64,000 nucleotides of DNA, taken from Callorhinchus milii (taxonomy: Eukaryota). How positions within the stretch are numbered: the stretch's first letter is position 1; each line of letters begins with the position of its first letter. This document shows positions 12,322 through 26,097 of this stretch, in pieces. Under the pieces are notes generated by a model that was not told where the DNA came from, ran no database searches, and saw only the letters and a program-made list of their open reading frames with translations. Both the position numbers and the translations under genes were made by a program. The DNA lies in the NCBI RefSeq assembly GCF_018977255.1, contig NW_024704742.1, positions 92,072,001 to 92,136,000 on the forward strand. The letters are read 5' to 3'.

Positions 12322-12919
12322 ACAACAACAACCGACATTTGTATAGCGCCTTTCACATTGGAAGGACGTCCCAAGGCGCTGTAAAGTGTACAGCATTTCA
12401 GACCCGAGCTGGGGTCGGTGTGGGGGGGAGAAGGGAGGGGTTGGGAAGGGGGGTGGCCGATGGCATGGTCGAAGAAGAGGGTCTTGAGTGGGGATTTGAA
12501 GGAGGCAAAGGAGGGGCGAGGTGGAGTGAATGGGGGATGGAATTCCAGAGATTGGGGGCAGAGTGGCTGAAGGCTCTCCTGCCAATGGTGGGGCGGGTGG
12601 GATGGGGGACGTGGAGCAGACCGGAACCGGCTGAGCGGAGGGAACGGGTGGGTTGGTAGGGGGTTTGGAGGGCGCAGAGGTAGGGTGGGGTGAGGCCATG
12701 GAGGGCTTTATAGGTGAGGACCAGGCTCTTGAACTGGATCCTCTGAAGGATAGGGAGCCAATGGAGTTGGGCGAGAGTGGGGGAGATGGGGTCACGGAGT
12801 TGGTGCAGGAGAGGACAGGGGCTGCAGAGTTCTGGATTATCTGCAGCCTGTGGAGGGAGGAGTTGGGAAGGCCGACAAGCAGGGGGTTTGTATAGTCGAG
12901 CCTGGAGGTGATGAAGATG
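12322..12919 (-). mobile_element. L2 LINE 3' fragment (tail type A) with ATATCA target-site duplication
   Basis: Translation FITSRLDYTNPLLVGLPNSSLHRLQIIQNSAA is the typical L2 ORF2 C-terminal motif; (TTG)n tail; ATATCA at 12316-12321 and 12920-12925; frameshifted. Confidence 0.93.
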
Positions 12920-12967
12920 ATATCACTGCATCCACAAAGGAATTTAATAAGGGAAGCTGCAATATAT

Positions 12968-13043
12968 CCCAGCGCCTTGGGATGTCCTCCCAACATGAAA
13001 CGCGCTATACAAATGTAATTTGTTGTTGTTGTTGTTGTTGTTG
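12968..13043 (+). mobile_element. L2 3' tail (type A)
   Basis: cagcgccttgggatgtcctcccaacatgaaacgcgctatacaaatgtaatt(tgt)n. Confidence 0.85.
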
Positions 13044-13047
13044 AAAT

Positions 13048-13390
13048 GTCTGAAAGTGCTTCATAGGCTTTTAGTGACAAGGTGAATGTGGCAGCCAATT
13101 TTTGTACAGCAAAACTACAGACAGCCATGAAGTTTTAAATTGTTGTCCAGTTTACCGGGAGAAACTCTCTTCTCTTTTTGAATAATGGCATGGGATCTTT
13201 AATATCCATCAGAATAGGTACACAGGAACTTGATCTAATGCCTTATTTCAAGGACAACAAATCGACAATGCAGCACTTCACCAGTACTGCACTGGAGCAT
13301 CAGCCTAGATTATGAGCCAAAGTTCCTATATGGGGCTTGAACCCACAAACGTCTGACTCAGGTGAGAGTGCCACCAACTGAACTAACACC
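13048..13390 (-). mobile_element. Old Deu-SINE, near full length
   Basis: Reverse strand has a tRNA-like head (gttagttcagttggtggcactctcacctgagtcagacgtttgtgggttcaagcccc), body and Deu core. Confidence 0.85.
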
Positions 13391-14059
13391 CAGGTTGACA
13401 AATATCACAGACAAAGCTATTGCTATCATATGGTGATCACTATAACCTGATTCGGATTTCACATATAAACATGAAAAATGAAAGGGTTGTTCTCAGGCAC
13501 ATTGTGCAGCACCACAGGGACTTTGAAGGACTGTACTTTGGCCACAAATTGCATGGGGAATAACCTTTTCGGAATTTGGAGGTACAATAGCTATAACCTT
13601 AGACTCGCTGAAAGCCATGCATAATGCGCGTGTAATAATGCTACTTATATTGTAGCCACAGTGCTATAGAATATGAATACTTAATTAACAAGCCATGAGG
13701 GAGACTGGAGATTAGCAGAAATGTTTCTGTCAGATCAGTACCTTTGTGTGATAGACTCTCATCAAATGTTCTGAAAAAAAAGAGCTAGATGGATATTTGA
13801 TTACAATAACAATCAGCACTTACAGTGGCAAATAAAATATAGATAAACTCTCCACAAAATATTATTTCTTCAGCTCTGTTGGGATTGTAGAAATGCTATC
13901 TGTACAAAGCAACAAATAACTTAAACTTTGGGGTCAAAATTGCAGCAATTCCTAACAGACGTTGCTAAGAATAATGTGTGTGTTTGAATCCTGCATCATG
14001 ACAGTGATTAAATTCCATAAATTAAGTAACTCGTGTTGGTAATGAAGAAAACTTGCCAC

Positions 14060-14250
14060 AAAGCTGTCAGATTGTTTCAAAAGTCACTAAGGGTCCTTCA
14101 GTTAAGGAAATCTGCCATCCTTACCCAGTCTGATCAACATGTGACTCCAGTCCCATACTATATGTATGATTCACTCAGAACACCTTTGGAAATGGCCTAT
14201 CAAGCCAGGAATGGGCAATACATGCTAGAATTGTCCTCATCCCAAGAAAA
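14060..14250 (+). mobile_element. Degenerate SINE/LINE-tail of a different family
   Basis: aaggaaatctgccatccttacccagtctg...gtgactccagtccca...gaaatggcct...atgggcaata resembles, from memory, a common shark interspersed repeat; single copy here. Confidence 0.4.
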
Positions 14251-14384
14251 GTTTTTTAAAAAAGAGAAAAACAAAAACTTTTCAATGTTGCAAATAGCGA
14301 CTTCTTCCAATGACCATGACAAAATGTTCTGATGCATCTCCTTCTGGAGCAGAATCCCTGAGCGTCAGTGTGCTGCCATATTAA

Positions 14385-14575
14385 TCTTGCATTTCACATT
14401 GGGAGGATGCCTCAAAGAGTTTCACAGGAATTACTGTAAAGTGTAATGACTATGCATTGTGAAGGCAAATGCGACAGCCAATGTGCATACATCATGTCCC
14501 ACAAACACCCATGAAGCAAATGACCAATCTTATCAGTGGGATCATTGGCCAGGACACTGGGAGAAACTCCTTGAA
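14385..14575 (-). mobile_element. Deu-SINE 3' half
   Basis: Reverse Deu core and tail. Confidence 0.75.
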
Positions 14576-15799
14576 CCTTCTGTTGCCCGAAAAATTGCTC
14601 TTTGCAGCTTGGGGTCCAATTCTTGATCATTGAAATTTAGACCATTAATTTAAGTCTGATGCCCTACAGTTCTTGTTTGATTGTTTTTGAGAAAATTTAA
14701 GATTTTCATAGATTTTCTTTTCTTCGTGGAGATGATCCGTGTGATTGTTTGTCCCCCTCTGGACATTAAGTAAAGATAAGGAGAACCTTAGGCAGTGCAA
14801 CTTGTACGTAGTTTGTGAGAAGGCATGTGTTGAAAGGCTTTGTCTGGTCTGTGCTTTATTCAGTGTTCTCACTGGTAAATTTAATCCACTTTATCTGCAT
14901 CTACCACATCTAATTTTAATAGTATTTACAGTATTTCTCCTTCTTGCTGTGAAATGAGTAGTCTAAATATAACTATAGATGAACAGCTGGGAGTATTTGG
15001 TCCAGAGTGTAATATTTTCATCCACATCTCCATCCTTTCACTAATTGCTCTTATATTAAACTTCCACGATTATGGGATTTGTGCAGGGAATGGAAGGGCT
15101 TTATTTATGAATTCTGCATTTCGGGGATCTTAAAGGGTCTGTTACAGGTTTAGTATTTCACTGCAATGGCTGTCAGTGGGAAGGGGTCATTGAATAGCTA
15201 TCATCACTGTCTGTCGTTGCCAATGTTAGGTTTACTATGTGACTATCCTCCTGGGTATTATGATCACTGTTTCTCTAATCTGTAACTGACTCTATCTTGA
15301 ACTCCATCCCTCTCGCAAACAATCAGCTCCTCTCCCGTACTGCACTGCGTTGTTTATTTTATAATCAGCTGGAGCCGAGTCTCCTCACAGCATCTCATGA
15401 AGAAACAACCTACTTAATCCTACACTCTAATAACTGGCCAGTTGAATCCTGAATACACACAACTGCAAAATACAAACTGTGTTGCATCACATATGTATCT
15501 GACTGCAATGTTTAATCGGATGTAATTGTTAAATAATTTTACCTAGGTTCGCAGAATTGATCAGTGTGTACAGTAAGGCAATCTATGTGAGGAGATGTTT
15601 TGAGGATCTGTATGGTGCTTAGAATGGATTTCATTGCATACTTGCAATAGAGATTCCATTGCATTCGGTTGCTGGGAGTGTAATGGGGAGGACTTTGCAG
15701 GATCAGTGTTTGAAAAAAAGCATGAGAGGATATTATGTTGGGTTTGTTTTACACAATGAGAGTGGGATAAGGTATGCCCATCGGTTGAAAACTGGCAAA

Positions 15800-16130
15800 T
15801 TGAGTTTAATACATGTAGGAAGTAAGAATAGGAAGCATATGTATTTCCTTGTTGGGATAGAATTTGCTAAGGGGAACCTGAAAGAGGTCCTGGGGTGTCA
15901 GTTGACTCATCGCTCACTCGGTTTAATTAGTATTGATGTGTTAATAAACAAGGCAAACAGAATGTTGGGCTCTGTTGCAAATCAACTGAGCTCAGATTCT
16001 GAGATATCATACTCAAGCTATAGCTCTGGTCAGACCACGCCTACAGTACTGCATACAATTCTAGTTGCTGTGACAGAAGGGAGCTTCCAAGGCCCTAAAG
16101 GCATTGCTGTAGAGGGCAGTGAGGATGATC
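15800..16130 (+). mobile_element. CR1 LINE ORF2 3' fragment, degenerate
   Basis: Translation LIHVGSKN...INKANRMLG and ctctggtcagaccacgcct (LVRPHL-like); homologous to 21200-21400. Confidence 0.8.
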
Positions 16131-16351
16131 TGCAATGTTATCCCGGCTTTTTCCCCATATCCCTCAACTTCAATCCTCCACAACAATGTGTCCAGTCTTT
16201 TTTTGAATGTGCACATGATTGACACCCCAACAGCTGACTGTGGCAGAGAATTCCGGTATAAATCACTTTACAGTGTATTCTGTGAAGTGCTTAGAGATGT
16301 CTCAATGACGTGCTAAGGAGCTATATCAAATGAAAGTATTATTATTATTAT

Positions 16352-16500
16352 AATCCCATCACTCTCTGTGTAAAAAAAAATCCTCCTAATTTCTATTCTG
16401 GACATCCTAGTTTTGATTTAAAAATTATGCCCTCTAGTTCTAGACCACCCCTGACCACTGAAAATAATCTTTCCTGTATTACCCTATCTACGTCTCTCAT
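16352..16500 (-). mobile_element. CR1 3' fragment
   Basis: Reverse strand has actagaggggcataattt...gaaattaggagga-ttttttttacacagagagtg (TRGH...RRxFFTQRV-like). Confidence 0.7.
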
Positions 16501-19500
16501 CATTGGAGGGTAATAGGAACATATGGTGCTACGCATTTTAAACATTCAAGGTATGGGCTCAGGGAAGATCACCCTTATTCGATTAAAGAAGAAAACCATA
16601 GACAGGAACCACAAGAGATGATGGATCAAAATCTTTGGAGTAGAAATAGGAATTACATGAATATTGTCGGACTTAAGCACAATTCTTCACCAGCAAAACG
16701 TGGAGACCTCCTACCAAGTAAAGAGTGCAAGACAGCTAGCTGGTTGGTGCTATACAAGCAAGTTGATCTTGCCACTGTGGAAACAGCTTTAATCCTGTAC
16801 CCACAGATGGAGAGAATGGAACCAGAGGTTAATGTAACCTTACCCAACAGGGGTATCAACAACTTCAATATCAATGATCTGAGAACAAAACCACTGAACA
16901 CTGGTAATTTGGCCCATTCCCCGATTGCACAATAGGGAGGAGAGCTTACCTCAGAACAAAAGTTTATAGAAGGAAGCTGTTCATAGCAAATGCAACTAAA
17001 TATTATTTATGAATATGTTTTTGGCTTATCTTTGTTTCTATGTATGTTTTTGTCTTTCTATCCCTTGGTGTTTTTCTCTGTCCTTCTCTCCATGCCTATT
17101 CCGTTTTCCTGTGGGTTTGGTCTATCTGTGTGTCTCACTTTGTCTTTCTATCCATCACTCAGTGTGTGTTTCTGGTTCTTGTCAGTATTTCTCGTTGGAT
17201 CTGCTTCTCACTGTGTCTTGCAAATTGTTCCTCACATTAAGTTGCCCTTTCCCTTCATATTCTCACTCTTCCCTCTTTCATACTTAGTTGTTCACACTCT
17301 CTACATCTGTGTATGTATCTTCCTTCTGTTGACAACCAATCTCTCTCACTTCACACTCAATATCACATTCAACACGCTTGTTTCTCCCACCTTATCCTTT
17401 CTCTCTCTCATTCTCTCTCATTCACACTCCCTTCCCTCCCAGGCACTCAAACTTCTTCCCCTTTGATCCCCTTTCCCCTATCCCATTTCCACACTTTCTA
17501 CGTAAATGACAGTCACAATAGTCAATAAAAAGGTGGCATGCACACAGATAGTGCTATTATATGAAGATAATTGTCTGAAAAGAAGATAGAGTAGAAAACA
17601 ATAGATTTCCCACAGTTCACCTACAAACACATAGTGACTACATTTTACAGTAAAATCCTGTAAAACATTGGGCGATGTCCTCCTGATGTGAAAGACTCTA
17701 TATCAAATGCAAGGATTATTATTATTATCAATTTTTTTCAATATTTGCCTTACAGCTAATGCCAGCAACAAGATGCTGTCAAATGATACAACAGAGCAGG
17801 ACTAATGGATTATCTACCTGGGTGCATGCCAAAATTATAGAAAGGTTTGCTTTGTTTTCATTGAATTTAACTCAAGGGAATCTAAAATAAAAACTAACTC
17901 TAATGTATAATTGGGTGTAATTGTTAAATTATTGTAGCGTACTGTTTATAAAATTGATCAGTGATGTGCAATAATGAATAAAGCTATTTAATGATCTCTC
18001 TAGTTATAGCCCTTGGGGTGATAGTTTGCCATATTGGGCATCAAATACCTTTGATGTTTCAATAATGATGTAATACAGAGAGGTGAAAACTATTCTATCT
18101 GATAACTATCACAGGTAATAAATATCACATCATATACCACATATACCACCACAGCAAAAAGCATTAAAATTTAATAAGAAACAAAACTAACATGCTAAGT
18201 CCTTGTTTTTCTTATACAGTACTAAGAACTCTTGTTGCTGGTTTTAAGTCAACGGAAGAGCGATTAAGCAGATGGAATACTTAGAATACATATCTAAGCT
18301 TTCAGATACAGAGACATTATAAGAGTTTATTAATTGGGTCATCTAAAATCTCGGATTGAGTTTCAATGGGGATTGCTAAATGACGTCAAGGAATACCTTT
18401 TATGGCGTTTTTTATTTCAGCTCATCTTGCCCACAGCATACAATGCCTCACAAGCTGCTGGAACCAGCTGGAAATATTGTTTACAGGCATCTGTGGACAT
18501 TTACATCACAACTGTACTACTTCATTTATAGTCATAGCACACATTGGGAAGCAACACCTTGACATGCATAATTTATGTTCATCTCACCAACTCAGTACTG
18601 AATATAATGCCTTGTACATCTGTTTCATTAGAATACATAACCTGAGTTTCCATAACACAAGGTTCAAAACTTGGAGTTTGGCACGTAAATGATTAAGTTG
18701 GTAAGTGCTCACATTTGAACTTGTGAAATATAGTTTCAAGTTTCATGCGCTAGAATAAAGGTTCATTTTTTTTTACATAGAGGAACCTCTTGATGTGTGA
18801 TTGTTTGTATTCAAATCTCCAGCTTTCAATGGGATGTACAGGTCTATATGTTTGAGAAACTGGACTTGTAGTATGTGTCATGTCTGGAAATGAAAGCAAA
18901 TCTCTTATTTTGAAAGTGGTCCCACACAGATGGAAATGGGAGAAATTAAGACAGGTAGTGGTATAACTATAATTAATGGTTTACCATTCAGTGGCATAGC
19001 ACATTGGAACATCAATTTGTGGCACCAAAATGCTGTCACTAAATGGCACATTCGTGCAGCACAAGTGCCACAGAGTTGCATTTTAACTGCGAACAGGCAT
19101 GTCCAACCCCACTTATCTCATTGGAACTACATTTTAATCCAGATTTACATCCAACAGTGAAAAGCTATACAGGGATCACCATTTAAACAAGTGGAGGGTT
19201 TACAGAAAAGCTCATGTCTGCTTGTCTTCAATACTTATAATTGCTGGATGAGTATATCAGCCAGGACCCACAGGCAGAAGTCATTGTTTGACATTGCTTA
19301 TGAAGGTCACAATTTTTACACCAGTGAAACATTCCAGCCCCAGTTTGACATATATCAATTTGGAAATGGATAACTGAGATGACTGATGCATCAGCAAAGC
19401 AGTCAAGGATGTTCATATGTGTTTTCTTGTGTCCCACAAACACATAGATCAAAGCAAAATGTACTTCCATGTAATGATCAATGACTGCAATGGCCTGATT

Positions 19501-19693
19501 GTGGGTATACAAAGTACATCAATCTCTTCCTCCCCCCTCTCCATAAATGAAAGTAGTAACGTTCTATTGACCAAAGGGAATCTAAAATGGCTGTGGCATG
19601 TTCACCAATGTAATGACCAGCTATCCTATCGGTTGCCACAGTTGTATGTCGTCCTATTTTCCTTGCATCCATCAGTTGTAACAAGAAATATAT

Positions 19694-20215
19694 ATGAATA
19701 ATGGATGGCTTAAGCAGCTGGTGCTAAATAAGCCTGGTAAGTGGGTTCGGACTTGGACCTCGAGAACATCAAGGTGGCTAGCACACCACAAGCTGTCCTG
19801 TAAAGGTCTGCCGACCACACTGAAGGCAGATGTCTGCCAGACAGCTGATGAGGAAACGCTGAGGCTTGGGGTGACAGCTGCTGGAAAGCGTTACCTGGAT
19901 TCTGAGTTCATGGACACACATTCTTACATCCAGTGCTTGGAATCCACCTTGATTGACTTCCAGAGAGGTAAACAGCTGCTGCTTAAGCTCCGCACCTCCA
20001 ACTGGTGGAACCATCTCTCAATGGAAAGGAATATGTATCTGAGCTGCGGACAAGAAGATGGTGGCAATGCTCTTACACATTTCATGCTGAACTGTATTGC
20101 CCACCAGGAAGCTTGCAAGGAGTTCCTGTTACCTATCATTCACCGAGTGAGGGCTCAAATCCATGCTTGTCAGATGTCAAATGACCAACTAATGCCTATC
20201 CTCCTTGGAAAGTAA
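19694..20215 (+). mobile_element. Remnant of non-LTR retrotransposon ORF2 C-terminus with CCHC-like zinc knuckle (RTEX/I/Nimb-like; clade uncertain)
   Basis: 173-aa open frame containing LLKLRTSN...YLSCGQEDGGNALTHFMLNC; second diverged copy at 35200-35395. Confidence 0.6.
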
Positions 20216-20779
20216 GTGAGGTCTCCTTGGAGCTGAACTGGCATGCTTGGCGATGGAGAGCTGGATGAGGAGGGAGATAAATGGGGTTTCCTTGGGGTTG
20301 AGCTGTCTCAACAGTTACATTGTTGGCAATGGATGCTTGGTATAAATAAATCTTTTTTCAGGGCAAAAAGGTTAATGAGTTAATAATAGAAAAAAATACC
20401 TTTTTTACAGTGCAGGTCTTTACACTTTGATTTTCCCCACCTTCACAATGTTCCTGATTGACATTGAAGATTGGATAAAAATTGCGGATTTGCTAAACAA
20501 ATTCTATTACTTATTTAAGGAACAAGGAAAAAAAACTTGATTTCTGGATAATGGTGGCATGCAACCAAGCTGAAATGTACAAGAATTCCATTGAAGAAAA
20601 TGTTTTACATAGCCCCATTTGTCATTTGCAAGTATGGAAATTAGCCTCTCAGGTTTATTAATAACTCATATTGAGGGATAGGATGTAGGCTAACATTTGG
20701 GGGATGCTATAGACTGCCAGCTCAAAGCAGAGGAAAATAACTTGCCAGTATATGATTTTATTAGGAGTATATGTGAGAA

Positions 20780-21810
20780 GAAGAAGGTAGGACTGACGGG
20801 GGACTTCCATCAACCCAACATAAATTGAAAATGCCCAAGTGCGAAAGACTGAGCTTGTCAATAGAGTGCATGACTGCTTCCTGACCCAGTGTGTCAGGGG
20901 GCCCACAAGGGGCATGTCTCTTCTTGACTTAGTTCTAGTCAGTGACCCAGACACTATTCAGGAGGTGGAAGCAGTTGATCCAATGAAGGATAATGATCAC
21001 AGCTCAATAACCTTCAGACTTGAGAAACAGCACTGGCATGTAACCAAACTCCAGGGTATAAGTTTAGGCAGGCAAACTTCAGAGGTATAAGGGCTGAACT
21101 AAGATAAATAAATTGGGAAGCATTACTCAAGGACAATCTGTTAAGGATAAATGAATATTCCAAAAGAATTTGGTGCTCAATATGTCAAAACAGTGTGAGG
21201 TAGCAATAAACAAAGGAAACAGGATGCTGAGCTATATTGCTATATCAGTTGAGTTTAAATTCCCAGATGTCATACTCAAATTGTACAGTGTGCTGGACAG
21301 ACTGCACCTTGAACACTTCAAATAGTTCTGGTCACTGTGACATAAGGGGCTATCCAGATCCTAGAGGTGGTGCAGAGGAGAGCAACGAGGATGATACCCA
21401 GTGTTAGAGGAATAAGTTATGAGCAATGATTAGACAAGCTAGGACTCTTCAGTCTTGAGAGAAGATGACTCAGCGAGGACCTCATAGAGTGTACAACATT
21501 TTAAATGGGATTGAAAAAGTAAACCCAGATCAATACTTAAGGATGTACCAAGACAGTACAACAAAAGGACATATAATTAGAATTGTAAAAGGCAATTTCA
21601 GGACAGAAACCAGGAAGTATTTATTTATGCAGAGGGTAATCAACAACTGGAACAGGTTGCAGAAAAGGTAGTAGAGGCCAGAATACTAACGTCATTTAAA
21701 AAGCAGCTGGATGCAGTGATGGGGGAAAAAGTAGGATGGGTGTTCTGGACGGATAAGATTAGATGGACTGAAGGGCCTTCTTTATCCAGACCAATCTTGT
21801 GATCTTGTGA
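20780..21810 (+). mobile_element. CR1 LINE, internally deleted (endonuclease region joined to ORF2 C-terminus and 3' UTR)
   Basis: GDF..PN and DCFLTQCVRGPTRGMSLLDLVL...DHSSITF (APE domain); ANRMLxYI-like and KGNFRTETRKYLFMQRVINNWNRL; ends in (TCTTGTGA)2. Confidence 0.9.
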
Positions 21811-22159
21811 CCTTGCATGCATGATAGATTATGGGATGAGTCATTTCAGTTACAGTCTGTGTTTTTCTCATTATGTTATATTTGTATAGAGGTGGCAAGC
21901 CTTGTGTGAGAGGAATTGTGCTCACCAGTAAAAGAGAGTTGAGACTGTTCACACCATGGGCATATTCTGATGGAAGAGAGTCACATATTCTCTCATGGCA
22001 TAATTGTACATGTATTGGGGTGCTGTCAAATGTAGACGGGCTAAACTGAAGGTTTTACACAGCTTTTTATTTTCATTTGCTCCAGTCTTGTTATCACTTA
22101 CTTGTGTTATTAAGTACAATTTATTTTTCTTGTCCCTTTCAAAATGTTATAATAATAAT

Positions 22160-22270
22160 CCTGATATTTGATAATAGCTCCTTCCACATCAGGAGGATAT
22201 CTCAGACCACTTCACAAAGGATGTTACTGCAAATTGCAGTGACTATGTACTCTGTAGGCATATTCAGCAC
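22160..22270 (-). mobile_element. SINE 3' tail fragment
   Basis: (AAT)n-cctgatatttgataatagc...cttcacaaagg. Confidence 0.6.
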
Positions 22271-22313
22271 AACCCTAAACATTAGGGCAATGTTAATTGA
22301 CCTTACTATATCA

Positions 22314-22850
22314 ACAACAACAATGACTTGCAATTTTATAGCGCCCTCCACACAAGGCGGTGTCTCAGAGCTGCTAACAGTGGTCGAGCCCAAGGCCAAG
22401 CCGGGAGAGGGGGAAGGTGACCGTAGGCACGGTCAAAGAGGAAGGTCTTCAGGTGTGACCTGAAGATGGGGAAGGAGGGGGCGAGGCAAAGGGGTTGAGG
22501 GAGGGAGTTCCAAGGTTTCAGGATATAGTGGCTGAAGGCACGACCACCAATGGTGGAGCAGAGGATTCGGGGGACATGGAGGAGGCCGGACCCCAGTAGA
22601 GTGGAGGCAGCGGGTACTGCTGTGGGGAGAGGAGATTAGAGAGATAGGGGGGTGCCAAGGAATGGAGGGATTTAAACACTAGAGTGAGGATCTTGAAGTT
22701 GATCCCCTCTGTGACAGGGAGCCAGTGGAGTTTGGCAAAGACTGGAGTAATCGGGATACGAAGTTTGGTGCGGGTAAGAATGCAGGCGACAGAGTTTTGA
22801 ATGAGCTGAATTTTGTGAATAGTGGGCAGTCAAAACCCGGGGGAAGGCTC
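22314..22850 (-). mobile_element. L2 LINE 3' fragment (tail type B)
   Basis: Highly similar to 54340-54870; (CAA)n tail preceded by ATATCA. Confidence 0.92.
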
Positions 22851-23654
22851 AGTAGCAATAAATGTTGGATCAGAATTTAGCAAGCACTTTTTTAAGGATA
22901 TGTGAACATTGTGCGGGTCTAACACTGTAGTTCTAAACAGTACTTTATGTAGGTCAGCAAAATAGGGCGCATCTCATTATCAGTACAATCTGATTCTTTA
23001 AACACATTGTATTCTGTGAGCTTGGTCAGATGTACATGCATGAGGAGACTAATATGTTCTATATGAAACATGGATAAGCATATTCTCAGGTTTCACAGAA
23101 CAATTCAAAGTCACATTTACATAATAATCTTCCATCATCACACTGTAATAGAAAATGGATTTTGATGGTTTTCTTTTATGTGATGATCTCTTCCATTGAC
23201 TGGGTCTGTTTTCCACACAGATTTGAATTTGAAAAATAAATTGCCTTAAAATGCATTATACCGTATGTGTCACCAGGACTAGATTGCAGCACTGCATTCT
23301 TTTGTAGAAAATTGTTATACACTATCTGGTCGATTATCGTGAATTCTGACACACTAATTCGCATTTTTAACTTTTTGGATCAGTACTAATGGATACAGAG
23401 ATTAAATAAATTGGGGCCATCATTTCCATCTGCAGAACAGAGGCTGCACTTCGGGATTAACAAGTGAATCACAGGTTGCAAGATGAACAATTCCTGTTCA
23501 CACGAAATATGGAGCTGTTATTTGGCACAGAATCATTTGTGAAAAAGCAGACTGGCATGTAACCAAACTTGAGGTCTTTCAGTCATTCAATTGTAATTTT
23601 TTGCTTTATTAAAATGTTGTACATGAAATAATAAATTCAATGATAAATGTCCAT

Positions 23655-24065
23655 TCAAAAAAAAAAAGAATTTGGTCACTCAATCCATGACTGTTTGTGG
23701 GATATTGCTATGCACAATTTGCTACTGCATTTTGCCAAAAAAAATCGTCGATTCACTTCACAGTATATCCTGTGACGTGCTTTGAGACATCTCGAAGACA
23801 TGATAAGATGCTCTATCAAATGCAAGAATTATTAATGAGGAAGAATTTGTATGTTTACCTTATCACATCAAAACCTCTCAAAGTGCTTCACAGATAATCA
23901 CTGTTAAGTGCAGTGAACAATTGTTTGCCAGTATGACACCCATTAGGAAAGTCCCATTAACAGTCATGAGATGAATGGCCAATTTATGTGTAAGAATGTT
24001 GGCCAGGAAACTAAGAGAAACTCCCTTCGCCATTGGAATCTTTAATGTCCTCTTGAACAGAGACA
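23655..24065. mobile_element. Two tail-to-tail Deu-SINE fragments (+ 23655-23835; - 23840-24065)
   Basis: Deu core and tails in opposite orientations. Confidence 0.7.
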
Positions 24066-24224
24066 ATACTTAATGCTCTGCCAGGACAGTACTCCACTGC
24101 AAAATCAATGCAACTTCTACCACCTAAAACCAAAGGCAGAGCATGTTCTAAAGGAATATGGGCAATAATAATAATAATATTCTTTGCACTTGTTATAGCT
24201 CCTCACACATAATAGAAACTATTC

Positions 24225-24905
24225 TTGCAGTTCATATAGCATATTTTACGTCAAGAGGATGTCTCAATGTGCTTTACAGGATTTATTGTAATATGTAGTT
24301 ACTGTGTATTTTGTAGAAGAACGCGGCAGCCAATTTGCATACAATATCCAACAAACAGCTATTAAGTGAATCACCAAGTTAATCTGCAGGATTGTTTGCC
24401 AGGACATCTGGACTCTTTTTGAATAGTGCATGGGATGTTTAACTTTCACCTGAATAGGCAGATGAGACCTGTATTTAATGTCTCCTCTGAAGGACAGCAC
24501 TTCCAACAATAATAATAATCCTTGCATTTGATATTGCGCATTTCACGTCTTCTAGATGTCTCAAAGCGCTTCACAGAATATACTGTAAAATGAATTGACT
24601 GTATATTTGTGGGGGAAATGTGACAGCCAATTGAGTACAGCAGTGTCCCACAAACAGTCGTGGATTGAAGTGACCAAATTATTTTTTTCTTGAGGGATTA
24701 TTATCGAGGGTGTGGAGTAAGGAAACTTGCCCAAGGTTTCGCCCTGCCGGGAATCGAGTCCAAGTCTCTCACTCGTGAGGCGGGTGCTCTAACCACTGAG
24801 CTACAGGACTCGACATAGTCAGACTGTGTGTGTACAAAGTGCTGATGTGGGACTTGGACCTACAACCTTTTGATGCGAGAATGCTAACAACTGAGCCAGG
24901 CTGAC
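24225..24905 (-). mobile_element. Old Deu-SINE split by insertion of a young SINE
   Basis: Head at 24812-24905 (gtcagcctggctcagttg...), body and tail at 24225-24507. Confidence 0.8.
24508..24811 (-). mobile_element. Young tRNA-derived SINE, short variant, full length
   Basis: A box tagctcagtgg, B-box-like gactcgattcc, Deu core, (ATT)n tail; close to 62140-62457. Confidence 0.93.
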
Positions 24906-25619
24906 AATAAATATTGGAGAAGATGCAAATCTGGTCAGTATGAGGATTGCATGTCAAATTGTGTAAATTGTGCAATATGTTAACCGATCAAAGAGAAATA
25001 ATACATACTTGGTATACAAGTATAGTTCTAGGGAAGGTAGAAAGGTCTTTGTAATAATGAGGTATATGCAGATATAGATAACTCATCTTGCTTTACTGGT
25101 CATGATAATAGTTTCTCTCTCAAGTGAAACATGCCCATAAATTCAAGGTTTATACCCTGGATTACACTTAAACCTGAGTGCCAATAAGGGTGGTATAAAT
25201 GGCGTTGGCATCCTTGGGCTGGGGAAGGAATGATAAGGCAAAGTTGTATTTGTTGAATGACTATATCTGTGTGGAGTTTGGTTTAGAACATGATCAGGGC
25301 CTGAATGTGATGACCCAGTGCTCAAATAGCCTACCAGCAATCGCTGCTTAGGCATACACAGCAAGAATGGTGACTTGGATGAAGGACCTGATGCTGCAAA
25401 GCATCCTTGGACCAATGTCCAGCATGAATCTGTGTCTTCAGGAGAGAAGGCGAGAAAATAGAGGAGGGGAATTTCATACAGGTGGAAAAGAAGGATGATC
25501 GGATTGAGTGGAGCTGCTATATCTGGTTATTTCTGTATCTTATTATCCTGCATTAAGGTTACTATAAATCATCACATGCAAATATCTATGTGCAGAATGT
25601 AATTGTTAGGAACAGGAAA

Positions 25620-25810
25620 GACCATTGCAGGCTACAAGAAGATCCCTTTAAATTCTCAATTCTATCTCTTAACCAGAAACCCATTTATTTGACTCTTGAA
25701 CTGATTTATACCGTCTGCTCGAATACTTCTCCCTGGAAACAAGGCTATTACCGTTTGTGTAAAAAAGTTCCATCTGATTCTCTTCTTAGTCTCAATTTCT
25801 TCACGACTGC
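25620..25810 (-). mobile_element. CR1 3' fragment
   Basis: Translation IRWNFFTQTVI...INQFKSQINGFL resembles the CR1 ORF2 end. Confidence 0.65.
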
Positions 25811-25968
25811 TAGTATTCAAAACTTTCACCACAGTTTCCTCCTTAAAAAAGATGTTCATGTTAATTTTTATTTTCATTGCTAGATCAGCATCAAACCTTT
25901 ATAGTGTTACAGGCAGGTAGCATACCAATAAGATTTTTTTTGCTAAAAGAACAATACATTTATTTCAA

Positions 25969-26097
25969 CAACAACTTGCACTTATTTAGCTCCCTCCACA
26001 CAGGGTAGAGTCTCAGAGCGGTTAACAGTGGCAGAGCCTGACTCCGTGTCGGGGGGAGGGGGGAGTTGGCCGTAAGCACGGTCAAAGAGGACTCTGC
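25969..26097 (-). mobile_element. L2 3' tail (type B) with TATTTCAA target-site duplication
   Basis: TATTTCAA at 25961-25968 and 26098-26105; body matches 6570-6700. Confidence 0.85.

Noticed and set aside
16990..17466. 158-aa hydrophobic ORF resembling a membrane protein
   Set aside because: Product of T/C-rich low-complexity sequence, open in several frames
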